A stretch of 64,000 nt of DNA from an uncultured bacterium (GCA_964609085.1 CAZSRZ010000001.1:658-64657); one strand, 5' to 3'; shown: positions 28,408-38,900, counted from the first letter of the stretch. The notes: generated from the sequence alone by a model not told the origin. Numbers and translations are program-made.

Positions 28408-29629
28408 GCGAGGGATCTTCCGGGATCGGCAGCACCAGGAAGACGCCCAGGAATGGCACCAGGCAGAGCCAGGTGAGTGCCGTGGGTAGGCTGACGGCGT
28501 CGGCCGCCGCACCCAGAGGCCACGCCAGGAGTTGCGCCAGACCCCAGGCCAGGCCGGTGATCAGGCTCGCGGCGATGCCCGCACTGCGCGGCATCAGCTC
28601 CTGGGCGAGCACGACATTTCCCGGATGCGGCAGCATGAGAATGAAGGCTCCCAGCGCCAGCCAGGCCAGCATGGCCGTCCCATCCGCCTGCAGCCCGGCT
28701 AGCAGGGGCAGTGGGGCCAGAATGAAGGAGGCCATCATCAGACGGCGACGCCCAAAACGATCCGCCCACGCCCCACCGATCGGCCCCGCGAAGGCGCTGG
28801 CCAACAGGAACGCGCTCACGGACGCGCTCGTGGCCACCAGCCGTTGGCTCTCCGGAAACCGGGACTGGACCAGGAACGGAAGGAACGTCGTCATCCCGAT
28901 CTGTACGGCCGATCGGACGACCACGGTCGCGGTCAGCGCCGCAAGGGCAACCGATCGACACGCAGGGAGTTCTTCGCGCGCCGTCGCCGCCCGCGGCTGC
29001 GCCTGCGCGCGCTCAGCCCCCCGGAGCCTGCGGAACGCCACCAGCAGGATCACAGAGACGGCTATGGCGGGCACTGAGGCGAGATAGAAGCGCTCGAGGC
29101 CGAACCAGTGGCCGTAGAGGGCACCGAGAACGGGCGCGAGTCCAAACCCCAGACTGCCGCCGACGGTGAATACGCTCATTGCCAGGCTGCTGCCTCGACC
29201 CGCCTTGCGAGCCAGCATCGCTCCCTGTGGATGGAAGGCGCCAATTCCGAGGCCGGCGCAGAACATCAGCGTGCCGAGTTGGACGTAGGAACCCGCCTGC
29301 CCGAGTTGTCCAATGAGCATCCCCGCCACCAGGGGCCCCAGCGCCACCAGGCACCAATCCGGACGCCGATCGGAAATCCAACCGAACAGAGGCTGGGCCA
29401 GAGAGGCCGTAAGCCCCATCAGCACCGGAAGAGTGCCGATCTGAGCAAGGGAGAGGTGCAGCCGAGCGCCGATCTCCGGAAACATGGGCGAGATCAGACT
29501 CTGCCCGTAGCTATCGGTGATCGCATGGGCGATGGCCAAGAGGACGAGCCAGGCCGTCACCGGCGCGACGATCCCCCGGCCGGATCGAGCAGGAGCGGCG
29601 GTATGAACCGCGGTCCGCTCAACCGCCAT
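28385..29629 (-). CDS. MFS transporter
   Basis: 414 aa with about 12 hydrophobic segments. Convergent with the coaD-fusion gene and overlaps it by 23 nt. Confidence 0.8.
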   Translation of the reverse strand: MAVERTAVHTAAPARSGRGIVAPVTAWLVLLAIAHAITDSYGQSLISPMFPEIGARLHLSLAQIGTLPVLMGLTASLAQPLFGWISDRRPDWCLVALGPLVAGMLIGQLGQAGSYVQLGTLMFCAGLGIGAFHPQGAMLARKAGRGSSLAMSVFTVGGSLGFGLAPVLGALYGHWFGLERFYLASVPAIAVSVILLVAFRRLRGAERAQAQPRAATAREELPACRSVALAALTATVVVRSAVQIGMTTFLPFLVQSRFPESQRLVATSASVSAFLLASAFAGPIGGAWADRFGRRRLMMASFILAPLPLLAGLQADGTAMLAWLALGAFILMLPHPGNVVLAQELMPRSAGIAASLITGLAWGLAQLLAWPLGAAADAVSLPTALTWLCLVPFLGVFLVLPIPEDPSPNLTPAG

Positions 29630-29640
29630 CGCGGAGAAAC

Positions 29641-31662
29641 CTACTTGCCACGCCGGGATTCAAGGAAGGCCACGATCTCCTCAGCGGAGGCAACCCCGGG
29701 GACGACGGTAAGCGCGCCCTTGGCATCAGACAGCCTGTAGGCAGCCTCCAGCCACCCGGTGTCCAGCCCGGTGCCGTAGTTGTGCAGGAGGAGCTTCGCC
29801 GGTGCCGCCAGTGTCGCCAGCACCTTCATCCCCCCGTACCGGCGGGCGCTCGGCAGGCAGTTCTCGTCGGTGATCGGAAGCGCGACCGGCCAATCCCAGT
29901 TCGCCGCGTCCACGACCGTGCGGCGTACGCCGATTGCGAACGGTCTCGCGAGGAGAGTCCACGGACCCGCGCTGCCGAGCCCGAGCAGGTCAACGATTGC
30001 CCCACTTCGGCCGGCATACGCAACGACCGTCAGCACGTCCTGAACTCGCTCGGCAAGGATGGTCTTGTTGTAGCCGGCGAAGTAGGCAGCTCCCTGACGC
30101 TTCGCGACTTCGTCCAGCTTGCCCGTGAGTAGTGGCTCGTAGATGATGACCTGACCGCCGGGATCCAATCGCTGCCGGATAACATCCGCGCTTGACTGAT
30201 CCGCCATTGCGGCGGCCGCACCCCGGGGCGAGATCACCACCGTCACGTGGTCGATTGCCTTGCCGGCGGTGGAGGTGGCGACGATGCAGCGCACAACGTC
30301 GCCTACGCCACGCCGGGAGAGGGTCACCCGCCGCACGGCCGACCCCGCGATCGGGGGCTCCAGCGTTTCCGCCAACTGCTCGTTGAGATCCCCAGCGGAC
30401 GGCTGACGGCAGTCCAGCATGGTCGCAGCGGCGGCAGCGAGCATCGTCCGCGTCTCCGCCCAACCCTTGCTGTCCCGAGGAGTCCACGAGGTGATCTGAC
30501 GAGCAACAACGCCTGTCAGATACTCCTGTAGCTGGGCCGGTGTCGCCGCGTTTGCGGGCCGTGGATGGGCAGCGTCCCAGGTACTCAGGACGGCCTCAGT
30601 CTCGGGAGTCGAAGCCGCTTCCTTCACCCCCGCCACCACGCTCTCACCCCACAGTTTGTGGCGAAGGAACGAGTAGACAGATTCACGGCTGGCCTGGTTG
30701 TAGTTGTGGTCGGCCTGATGGACCACGGCGAACAACTCGCTCTCCGCCCCGAAGAGACGGTAGACGGCCCGAATCTCCGGCACTCCCCTGCTAAGGATCT
30801 GGCTGGTCCAGTCGCCGGTCGCACCGACGAGGAGCATGGGTCGCGGCGCAAAGCAGGCAGCGATCTCTACGTTGTCCGTGCCCACGCGCAGGTGGGGAGC
30901 GTTCTCACACTCGGAACCGCCCTGGAAGTGGTGCGACACCATGCAGACGGGCGCTGCCACCTGGATGCGCTCATCCAGGGCGCACAGCAGGAAGGTCTGC
31001 GTCCCGCCGCCGCTTTCGCCGGTCATCGCGATTCGGTCGGTGTCCACCTCCGGGAGCGTCCGGAGCCAGTCAAGAGCGCGGAGGCTGTTCCAGAGTTGTA
31101 GACCGGGGAGATTCAGACCAAGACCAAGGAGCGTGTCGTTCCGGAAGCTGTGGCCGAAGAGGCGCGAATCGGCGTACCCGACCATGTCGTAGAGGAAGGC
31201 CACCGCCCCCATGCGGGCTTGCCCGATGCAGCGAGCCTGGACATCGCCGGCGTTGCGGCCGTTCTGCCAGTGCCCGTGAGGGTTCAGGATGCCGGGAATC
31301 TTTCCGGCATTGCTGGTAGGACGATACAGGTTTCCGGACAGGAAGTACCCGGGAAAAGTCTCCAGCACGACCTTCTCGATGGTGTAGCCGTCGCGCTGCA
31401 ACTTGCCGTAGATGCGGGGGCTCAGCGGCGTCTTTTCCGGCATCGGAAACAGGCCGGTCGCCACCAGGATGCGCTTTCGGACGGCCTCCCGCCGGGCCAA
31501 CCACTCGGCCTTGGTTTGCGGTGGTAGGAAGTTGGCTCCTTCCTGGTTGGTCCGGGTGCGCGTCATCCGGGCGTCCACCTTCTCCTGGGCTTCTGAATCG
31601 TGCATCACAACGCCTGCCAAGATGAAGAGAGTCGCCAGCACGGCTGCAAATCGGTTCCCCAT
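29641..31662 (-). CDS. Secreted alpha/beta-hydrolase (acetylxylan-esterase/dienelactone-hydrolase-like) with C-terminal extension
   Basis: Signal peptide. Nucleophile elbow GESGGG. 673 aa. Confidence 0.7.
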   Translation of the reverse strand: MGNRFAAVLATLFILAGVVMHDSEAQEKVDARMTRTRTNQEGANFLPPQTKAEWLARREAVRKRILVATGLFPMPEKTPLSPRIYGKLQRDGYTIEKVVLETFPGYFLSGNLYRPTSNAGKIPGILNPHGHWQNGRNAGDVQARCIGQARMGAVAFLYDMVGYADSRLFGHSFRNDTLLGLGLNLPGLQLWNSLRALDWLRTLPEVDTDRIAMTGESGGGTQTFLLCALDERIQVAAPVCMVSHHFQGGSECENAPHLRVGTDNVEIAACFAPRPMLLVGATGDWTSQILSRGVPEIRAVYRLFGAESELFAVVHQADHNYNQASRESVYSFLRHKLWGESVVAGVKEAASTPETEAVLSTWDAAHPRPANAATPAQLQEYLTGVVARQITSWTPRDSKGWAETRTMLAAAAATMLDCRQPSAGDLNEQLAETLEPPIAGSAVRRVTLSRRGVGDVVRCIVATSTAGKAIDHVTVVISPRGAAAAMADQSSADVIRQRLDPGGQVIIYEPLLTGKLDEVAKRQGAAYFAGYNKTILAERVQDVLTVVAYAGRSGAIVDLLGLGSAGPWTLLARPFAIGVRRTVVDAANWDWPVALPITDENCLPSARRYGGMKVLATLAAPAKLLLHNYGTGLDTGWLEAAYRLSDAKGALTVVPGVASAEEIVAFLESRRGK

Positions 31663-31776
31663 TCAGTCCGCCTCCCCACGTGCCCCGTTCGCACTTCACC
31701 GCCCGCGCGAGAGGCGGACCGCGGAGTGGGCACACTCCTGGCAGTTGGCCGTCCGGCAGGGCAGAATCCTCTCACC

Positions 31777-32535
31777 ATGCCTCAATCGCCTGACGCTCAC
31801 CCCCCCGGGACAACTCCCCCCGCCTGTCTGGTCACCGGCGGCGCCGTCCGAGTCGGGCGAGCCATCACGCTCGCCGTCGCCCGCGCCGGCCACCCGCTGG
31901 CGTTCACGTACCACCGCAGCACTGATGACGCGGCCAGTACACTCGCAGAAGCTCAGGCCTTCGGCGTGCCGGCGATCTCCCTGAGATGCGACCAATCGGA
32001 CCCTGCCCAGATAAAGCATGCCATGGATGCTGCTGAGGCAAGCGTCGGACCCATAGGCGTGCTGGTGAACAACGCCGCTGTTTTCCCGCGGACCCCGGTG
32101 GAACAGTGCACGGTAACTGACTGGGACGCCATTCAGTCGGTGAACCTGCGCGCCCCCTGGCTGTTCATCCAGGCTGCGCTGCCGGGCATGCGTCAACTCG
32201 GGGCGGGCTGCATCATCAATATTCTGGATATCGCGACGCAGCGGCCCTATCGGGACTACCTTCCCTACTGCGCGTCCAAGGCGGGCCTGGAAGCCCTCAC
32301 CATCGGGTTGGCACGGACCCTCGGACCCGCCATCCGCGTGAACGGCGTAGCGCCCGGAACGGTCGACTGGCCGCCGGACTTCCCGGATGCTGCAAGGGCC
32401 CAGATAATCCGACACACACCCCTTGGGCGGGTTGGCTCTCCGCAGGACATCGCCGAGGCCGTTGTCTACCTTATCGGCGCAAACTTTATCACCGGGGCCG
32501 TCATCCCTGTGGACGGTGGTCGATCAGTCGGCTAG
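31777..32535 (+). CDS. SDR family oxidoreductase (pteridine-reductase-like)
   Basis: Internal Met start (MPQSPDAH). TGGAVRVG cofactor motif, NNAA, and YxxxK (YCASK). Confidence 0.8.
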   Translation: MPQSPDAHPPGTTPPACLVTGGAVRVGRAITLAVARAGHPLAFTYHRSTDDAASTLAEAQAFGVPAISLRCDQSDPAQIKHAMDAAEASVGPIGVLVNNAAVFPRTPVEQCTVTDWDAIQSVNLRAPWLFIQAALPGMRQLGAGCIINILDIATQRPYRDYLPYCASKAGLEALTIGLARTLGPAIRVNGVAPGTVDWPPDFPDAARAQIIRHTPLGRVGSPQDIAEAVVYLIGANFITGAVIPVDGGRSVG

Positions 32536-32565
32536 CTGTGTAGTTTTGGCCCCGAAAGTTGATCA

Positions 32566-33165
32566 GTGATCACCAGTCCCCCGGAGTTTCCCGCAGAAAG
32601 GCTGCCGGACCTGATTCTGGCAGGCTACAGAGAGGCCCTGTTCCCGATGGCCGACGCGGCGACCGGACAGTTGGACTGGTATACGGCCGAGCCCCGCGCC
32701 GTGATGTCGTTGACCGACTACCACGTGCCCCGGCGCGTCCTCCGACTAATGAATCAGCCGTGGGTCCGGTTCACGCACGATGTGGCCTTCGAGGAGGTCA
32801 TCCGGGCCTGCTCCGATCGGTCCCAGACCTGGATCAGCGAAGAGCTCATCCGGGCCTACTGTGAGTTGCACAGGCGGGGGATGGCTCATAGTGTCGAGGT
32901 TTGGCGCGGGGCACAGCTCGTGGGGGGACTCTACGGCGTCCATCTGGGTGCGGCCTTCTTCGGCGAGTCCATGTTCCACCGCGTGGACAATGGGGCAAAG
33001 CTCGCCTTCGCCCACCTGCTGGCACATCTCCGGGACCGCCAGTTCCTGTTGCTGGACATCCAGGAGGTGACCGCCCTAACCGCGCAGTTCCACCCGACCA
33101 TCATCTCCGAGGAAGCGTATGACGAGCGGCTTCGGACCGCCCTCGCAGGGTCCTCTGACTGGTGA
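32566..33165 (+). CDS. aat: Leucyl/phenylalanyl-tRNA--protein transferase
   Basis: 199 aa. Family blocks (ILAGYREALFPM, WISEELIRAYCELHRRGMAHSVEVW, GESMFH). Confidence 0.85.
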   Translation: MITSPPEFPAERLPDLILAGYREALFPMADAATGQLDWYTAEPRAVMSLTDYHVPRRVLRLMNQPWVRFTHDVAFEEVIRACSDRSQTWISEELIRAYCELHRRGMAHSVEVWRGAQLVGGLYGVHLGAAFFGESMFHRVDNGAKLAFAHLLAHLRDRQFLLLDIQEVTALTAQFHPTIISEEAYDERLRTALAGSSDW

Positions 33166-33251
33166 GCGCAGCCCCAGCCGCGCTTGACGGTCCTCAGAGT
33201 CGTTTGTTAGACTGCCTCCGCATCAAGGGTGGGTGCCAGCGCCCACCCCGG

Positions 33252-33323
33252 TCCCCTGTAGCTCAACGGCAGAGCATCTGACTGTTAATCAGAGGGTTGG
33301 TAGTTCGAATCTACCCGGGGGAG
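33252..33323 (+). tRNA. tRNA-Asn (anticodon GTT)
   Basis: Hand-folded cloverleaf. Acceptor TCCCCTG/CGGGGGA with U1:A72, as in E. coli tRNA-Asn. U8 A9. D-stem GCTC/GAGC. Anticodon stem TCTGA/TCAGA with loop CTGTTAA. 5-nt variable loop. T-arm GGTAG-TTCGAAT-CTACC. Discriminator G. The 3' CCA is not encoded. Confidence 0.85.
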
Positions 33324-33335
33324 TCTTACGGCGGC

Positions 33336-33384
33336 GCGCTCGACAGGGTGTGCCGCATTTTCGATGGAGGTGCGGGTCGAGCGC
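33336..33384. terminator. Hairpin between convergent tRNA-Asn and sigma-factor gene (possible bidirectional terminator)
   Basis: 9-bp stem GCGCTCGAC/GTCGAGCGC with a long loop of about 31 nt. Lies between the tRNA 3' end (33323) and the sigma gene stop (33392). No clear U-tract. Confidence 0.3.
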
Positions 33385-33391
33385 CAAGGGC

Positions 33392-34231
33392 TCAGTAAGC
33401 GAGTTCCGCCTCGGCGACGGCCCTGCTGCAGGCGAGTTGCTGGCGCAGGGCCATCAGGGCTCGGCGGCGGAAGGCGCTGACGGCCTGTTTGGTGACCCCC
33501 CACCGGCGCGCAATCTCGTTCAGCGAGAGCGGCTCGGCGCCGTCGAGGCCGAAGCTCTCGTTCAGCACCTGGCGATAACCGGGCCGAAGTGCCTCCAGCG
33601 CCTGGTGCAGCGTCAGCCGCTCGTCGCGGCGGCAGATCTCGAGCCACGGATCGGAATCTTCGCAGGCGACCACTTCCTCGGGGGCTCGGCCGTCACCCTC
33701 ATCGACGCCGCCCATGCTCATGATCGGGTGGGATGCCTCCACGACCGCGCGAAGCACCTCCGGCGGAGCCTGCAACCGCTGGGCGGCCTCCTCCACGGTG
33801 AGATTGCCGTCCACGCTTTCGTCGCACATCTCCCGGTAACGCGCCAGCAGCCGCTCATTGCGTTCGGGCAATCGGATCAACCGGTTCATCCGGTAGACGG
33901 AGCGACCAATGCGGAGCCGCAACCATGGCACGGCGTAGGCGCTGAAGCCGTTGCCGTGACTGGGATCGTACCGCTCGATGGCGTCTACGAGCCCCACGAC
34001 GCCTTCCAGCACCAGGTCCTCCAGGGAGAGTGAGGATGTCTGATACCGCCCTGCCACATACAGGACGAGACGCAGGTTGCACTCGATCAGTCGCTCGCGC
34101 GCCTGGGCATCGCCGCGTTGTGCTCGGGCGATCAGGTCGTGCTCTTGCTTTCGCGTCAGCCGCGTTCCGCGTTGAAGGGCGGCGGCGAGTGGCCCGGCAG
34201 TGATCTGCCGGTGTCTGTCTCGACCATTCAT
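33392..34231 (-). CDS. RNA polymerase sigma factor, sigma-70 family group 3 (SigB/SigF/FliA-like)
   Basis: Region 2 (LIECNLRLVLYVAGRY, FSAYAVPWLRLRI), region 3 and a region 4 HTH (SLNEIARRWGVTKQAVS). Confidence 0.8.
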   Translation of the reverse strand: MNGRDRHRQITAGPLAAALQRGTRLTRKQEHDLIARAQRGDAQARERLIECNLRLVLYVAGRYQTSSLSLEDLVLEGVVGLVDAIERYDPSHGNGFSAYAVPWLRLRIGRSVYRMNRLIRLPERNERLLARYREMCDESVDGNLTVEEAAQRLQAPPEVLRAVVEASHPIMSMGGVDEGDGRAPEEVVACEDSDPWLEICRRDERLTLHQALEALRPGYRQVLNESFGLDGAEPLSLNEIARRWGVTKQAVSAFRRRALMALRQQLACSRAVAEAELAY

Positions 34232-34332
34232 CTGCGCAGTGTCCCTGGCTCATGATACCTGATGATTAGGCATCCTAACCAGTTCTGCCACAATACGACG
34301 AGTGGCGGAGCGACCGCGCCCACCGGGGCCGC

Positions 34333-34938
34333 TCAGGAGAGACTGACAAGCCCGGTTCGGCGCTGAAAGTCCGGGCAGTCGATGCGCATCTCGATGGGCG
34401 TCATACACAGGTTGGATAGCCGGCACACATGGGCATCCCCGTCCGTGTCCCGTTGGAGGTGCGCGCAGGCTGGGCAGACGGCGGCGGTGATCGTGCCCTC
34501 CGTGTCGAGCGCCGCGAGGAGTGTCAACAGGGGCCCATAAAGACCGGCTCGCTCGACGAGGCTCAGCGTGCCGACGGCCGCGTCCAACGCACGGTCCCAC
34601 CCCGCATACTGATGCACGAAGGACCGCCCCGGTTCGGTGATCGACACCAGCACGTGCCGCCGGTCATCCCTGTCGGTGGTGCGGGTGACAAGCCCTCGCC
34701 GTTCGAGGCCGTTCAGGACGTCGCTCACCGTGGCGGGGGTGCAGCCAAAGCTCTCCGCTAGCGCCCCGGGCGTCAACTCTTTCGGAGTGGCCGCTAACAG
34801 CAGGAGTGCCTGCATCTGTGTGCTCGGCAGGCCGGACGACCTCGAGGCCTGGAGGAGCATCCCCCGGGTGGCGTGCGCAAGGCGCAGAATCGCCGTGCAG
34901 AGGCGAAGATTCAGGCTGGTCTCGTCCTGATGAGGCAT
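34333..34938 (-). CDS. MarR-family transcriptional regulator with C-terminal Cys-rich extension
   Basis: Winged HTH (LTPGALAESFGCTPATVSDVLNGLERRGLV...DRDDRRHVLVSITEPG). Extra C-terminal CPAC...C...C...C segment. Confidence 0.7.
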   Translation of the reverse strand: MPHQDETSLNLRLCTAILRLAHATRGMLLQASRSSGLPSTQMQALLLLAATPKELTPGALAESFGCTPATVSDVLNGLERRGLVTRTTDRDDRRHVLVSITEPGRSFVHQYAGWDRALDAAVGTLSLVERAGLYGPLLTLLAALDTEGTITAAVCPACAHLQRDTDGDAHVCRLSNLCMTPIEMRIDCPDFQRRTGLVSLS

Positions 34939-35030
34939 TTGGGATCGCTCGGGGCTTCCGGTTCTCCTCCTATGGTAGGGCGAGCCCAGCCTGAAGTAAA
35001 CCTCTGCCCGGATTCGTGCCTGTACGCCTC

Positions 35031-35096
35031 AGGCATGCGCAAGTTTCGCATGCCATGGGAAGGCCTCAGGGACTCCCATGCGCAAGTTCGATGCAC
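35031..35096. promoter_or_regulatory. Direct/inverted repeat element in the divergent MarR / ftsB-like intergenic region (candidate operator)
   Basis: CATGCGCAAGTT occurs twice, at 35034-35045 and 35077-35088. The first copy sits in the palindrome GCATGCG-caagttt-CGCATGC. Confidence 0.35.
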
Positions 35097-35213
35097 AGAT
35101 CGGAATTCGGGCCAAACCTTATCAAAGTTTCGCTGCGCGTCTGGGATGACGATGACCGAAGATATACTTGGCTGCTCCAAGCTTCGACAGCCTTCCCCTT
35201 CCAAGCCCACCCG

Positions 35214-35816
35214 ATGAGCCAGCTTGTCGAACTCGAACCAATCCTCGTCCGCCGCCTCCGCCGTCCTGCCGTTGGCCAGCCCCCCAAGTCCGTCCCGCCG
35301 CGTCGCGTAGTCCCCGGAAGCGAGGGCGAGGGGGAGCGAACCGAGTCCGCAAGCCCGCGGAGCGCGTTCCACGCGAAGGCCCGGCGACCGCGGCCGCAAG
35401 TCAACTCGAACCTCCTCTGGATCGGCCTTGGCGCCGTCGTCCTCGCGCTGCTTTCGCCGATCCTGCCCGCTTTCGGCCAGGCGTTGGCGACGCCGTTCGC
35501 GGCCACCCTCCGTTCCGGTAGGGAGATCAGGGGGCTGAAGACATCCCTCGCCTCAGCACGCACGACCAATCAGCAGATCCGGGACGATATCGCATATCTC
35601 CGGACCCCTGCAGGCGTCGAGCAGGAAGCCCGCCGGCGCGGGTACGTCCGACCCGGCGAGATCGCGCTCACACTCGTACCCAATGATCCGACGCCACCCG
35701 CTGCGGCACCCCGCACAGCTGTGGCGGCTGGACCGCCGTCCACGGTGTCCGAACGGATTCGCGAGGCCGTGGAAAGCTGCCTCGCCGTGCTGGGTCTCCA
35801 CTCCCGCACGCGCTAA
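35214..35816 (+). CDS. Septum formation initiator (FtsB/DivIC-like) family protein
   Basis: Internal Met MSQLVELEP. Single TM (LLWIGLGAVVLALLSPILPAF), then a coiled-coil and an ...EARRRGYVRPGEIAL block resembling the FtsB signature. Low-complexity C-terminal tail. Confidence 0.5.
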   Translation: MSQLVELEPILVRRLRRPAVGQPPKSVPPRRVVPGSEGEGERTESASPRSAFHAKARRPRPQVNSNLLWIGLGAVVLALLSPILPAFGQALATPFAATLRSGREIRGLKTSLASARTTNQQIRDDIAYLRTPAGVEQEARRRGYVRPGEIALTLVPNDPTPPAAAPRTAVAAGPPSTVSERIREAVESCLAVLGLHSRTR

Positions 35817-35965
35817 CAACGCCCCCATCTGGAGTGCTCAAGCCGGTCGACGCAATCGTCGACCGGCTTTTTACGTCTGAGGTCGATTGGGTCGCTGAGG
35901 TTGATAGAATGCGAAGGCTGCGCTGACTGCCACTTCCGGCCACCCGCCCTCCGCACTGCTCTCAC

Positions 35966-38900
35966 ATGCCTCTCGACATCCTCTTCCCTTACCTCAACCA
36001 GGCGGAAGAGTACCGGCGGGCAGTTGCGGCACTTCGGCTGGACGATGCGCCCGTCTGGATCGAGGGACTGGCCGGCCCCGCAAAGGCCGCCGTGGTGGCC
36101 GCCCTCAGCCGGGAACTGGACAGGGTGGTCCTCTGCCTCACAGCATCTGAGGACCACGCAGAGCGATTGGCGGCGGACATCCGTTCGCTCGGCTTCGCCG
36201 CAGACGAAGTCGCACTCTACCCCGAGGGCGAAGCCGATCTGGCCGAACCGCCTGCGCACGGTCTGACGGCGTCCTCCGTGGAGCCCGAACGCAGGGCTCT
36301 GGCGCGTTCGCGCCTTGCTGTGCTGGAGGGGCTCGCCGATCGACGGGTGCGATGCATCGCAGCACCGATCCAGGCAGCCCTGCGCGAAACGGTGCGACCG
36401 CTGGCCGAGCTGCGGGTCGACCTCCGCGTAGGCGAACACCTCTCCCTGACCAGCTTCATCCAGCGACTGGCCGATCTCGGATACGAGCGAGTGACCCTGG
36501 TCGACTCTCCGGGGTTGATGGCGGTCCGTGGCGGGCTCCTGGACATCTGGCCCGCAACCCGGCCGGGCCCGGTGCGGATGGAGTTGCTCGGTGACCTTGT
36601 GGAGAGTCTACGGGAGTTCGATCCAGCCACCCAGCGCAGCACCGGGGACCTATTGGAGGTCACCGTGATGCCGGCATCCGAGGCCGTTACCGCCGCAGGC
36701 AGCGAGGGTGAAGCGGTCACTATACTTGAACATCTCCCGGCCGGGTCGATCGTAATCCTGGACGAACCTGGACACGTGCACACGTCCTGGCAGGTTTCGC
36801 GGCAAGCCAGACGCGGTGGCGGTGACGGCGGACAGGCAGAGGCGTCGCTTCACTTCGATAGCTTCTTCGCCCGGTGCCGATCGTTTCGGCTCACCTTCCT
36901 GACGTTGATCTCCCACTCCATTCCCTGGCTCCGAAAGTCCCTCGGCGAAGTCACCCCCGTCCGGACCGTTCTCACAAGCGGGGTTGTCGAGACCGCCAAG
37001 GGGGACATTCCCGAGTTGGCGAACCGGGTGCGCTCCTGGCTGGCGGCGGGTAACCGCGTGATGCTGGCCAGCGATCAGCCCCACCGGGTGGCGGAGTTGC
37101 TGGTGGCCCACGACGTTCCGTCCAGCATCGACGACGCAGGCTCCACGGATGCGGAAACGCGCATCGTGCGCGTTGTCCACGGCAGGCTAAGCGCCGGGTT
37201 CCGCTTCCCGGGGATCCGCCTGGTCGTCCTTTCGGATACCGAGGTCTTCGGCAGCACACGCGAACGACGAAAGGGCACCGCCGGACGAGCCCCACGCAAG
37301 TTTCAGGACAGTCGGCCGATCATCTCTCTGCTCGAGCTCAAGGAAGGTGATCTCGTCGTCCACGTCACCCATGGGATCGGTCGGTACCGCGGCCTCGTAC
37401 AGAGGACGGTGGCGGGAATCCCTCGCGAATTCCTGCAGGTCGACTACCAGGACCCTGACCGGCTCTTCGTTCCCAGCGACCAGTTGGATCGGGTGCAGAA
37501 ATACATCGGCACAGAGGGTCACGCCGCCACACTCCACCGCCTTGGAGGGCAGGAGTGGGCCAGAACCAAGAGCAAGGTGCGGGCTCGGGTTCAGGAGATG
37601 GCCCGCGAACTACTCGATCTGTACGCCTCCCGGTCCGCGGCCCGGGGACACGCGTTCGCCGAGGATTCGGTGTGGCAGGAGGAGATGGAGGCCGCATTCC
37701 CGTACCGGGAAACCCGCGACCAATTGCGCGCCATCTGGGACGTGAAGCGCGACATGGAAGCCCCTCGCCCCATGGATCGGCTGGTGTGCGGTGACGTCGG
37801 CTACGGCAAGACGGAGGTTGCCATCCGCGCCGCCTTCAAAGCGGTGACCGATGGAAAACAGGTGGCCGTGCTCGTGCCAACGACGGTGCTGGCCCAGCAG
37901 CATTACAACACCTTCACCGAGCGGCTCGCGGCCTTCCCGCTGACCATACGCGTCCTGAGCCGATTTTGCTCGCGTCAGGAAATCAAGCAGACGCTCCAGG
38001 GGATCAGCGATGGGGTGGTGGATGTGGCCATCGGCACGCACCGTCTACTGTCCAAGGACGTCAAGTTCGTGGACCTGGGCCTGCTCATCGTCGATGAGGA
38101 GCAGCGGTTTGGCGTCGCCCACAAGGAACGCCTCAAGCAGCTACGCCAATCTGTCGACGTGCTGACGCTGACCGCCACTCCCATCCCCCGCACGCTGAAC
38201 CTCTCCCTCTCCGGGCTGCGCGACATGAGCGTGATCGAGGAACCGCCCGAAGGCCGACTGGCGGTGCGCACCTATTGTCTGGAGTGGGATGATGCCGTGG
38301 TGCGCGATGCAATTCTCCATGAGTTGGACCGCGGCGGACAGACCTACTTCGTCCATAACCGGATCGAAACGATTCATCGCCAGGCCGAGCGTCTGCAGAA
38401 ACTGGCGCCGCAGGCTCGCATTCGCGTGGGACACGGCCAGATGAAGGACACGGAACTCGAAGATATCATGCTCTCCTTCTACGATGGCGAGTATGACGTG
38501 CTCGTCTGCACGACGATCATCGAGAGTGGACTCGACATCCCTAACACCAATACCATCCTCATCAACAACGCCGAACATCTGGGGCTGGCTCAGCTCCACC
38601 AACTCCGCGGACGGGTCGGCAGGTCCTCAAACCAGGCCTATTGCTACCTACTCCATACACCCCACCGCCAGTTGACGGAGGTGGCGGAGATGCGACTGGC
38701 CGCCATCCGCGAGTTCACCCATCTGGGGGCGGGCTTCAACCTGGCGCTCAGGGATCTCGAGATCCGTGGCGCGGGCAACCTACTGGGAGGGGAACAGAGC
38801 GGGAACATGGTCTCGGTCGGTTTCGATCTGTTCTGCCAGATGATCGAGGAAGCGGTGAAGGAGCTCAAGGGTGAAAGCGTTGAGGAGAAGTTCCTCCCCA

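Noticed and set aside
33200-33400. Possible integrase or genomic island at the tRNA-Asn 3' end
   Set aside because: No integrase, recombinase or mobile-element gene follows. The adjacent genes (sigma factor, MarR) look native in composition. No direct repeat of the tRNA 3' end was spotted, although an exhaustive scan was not possible by eye.
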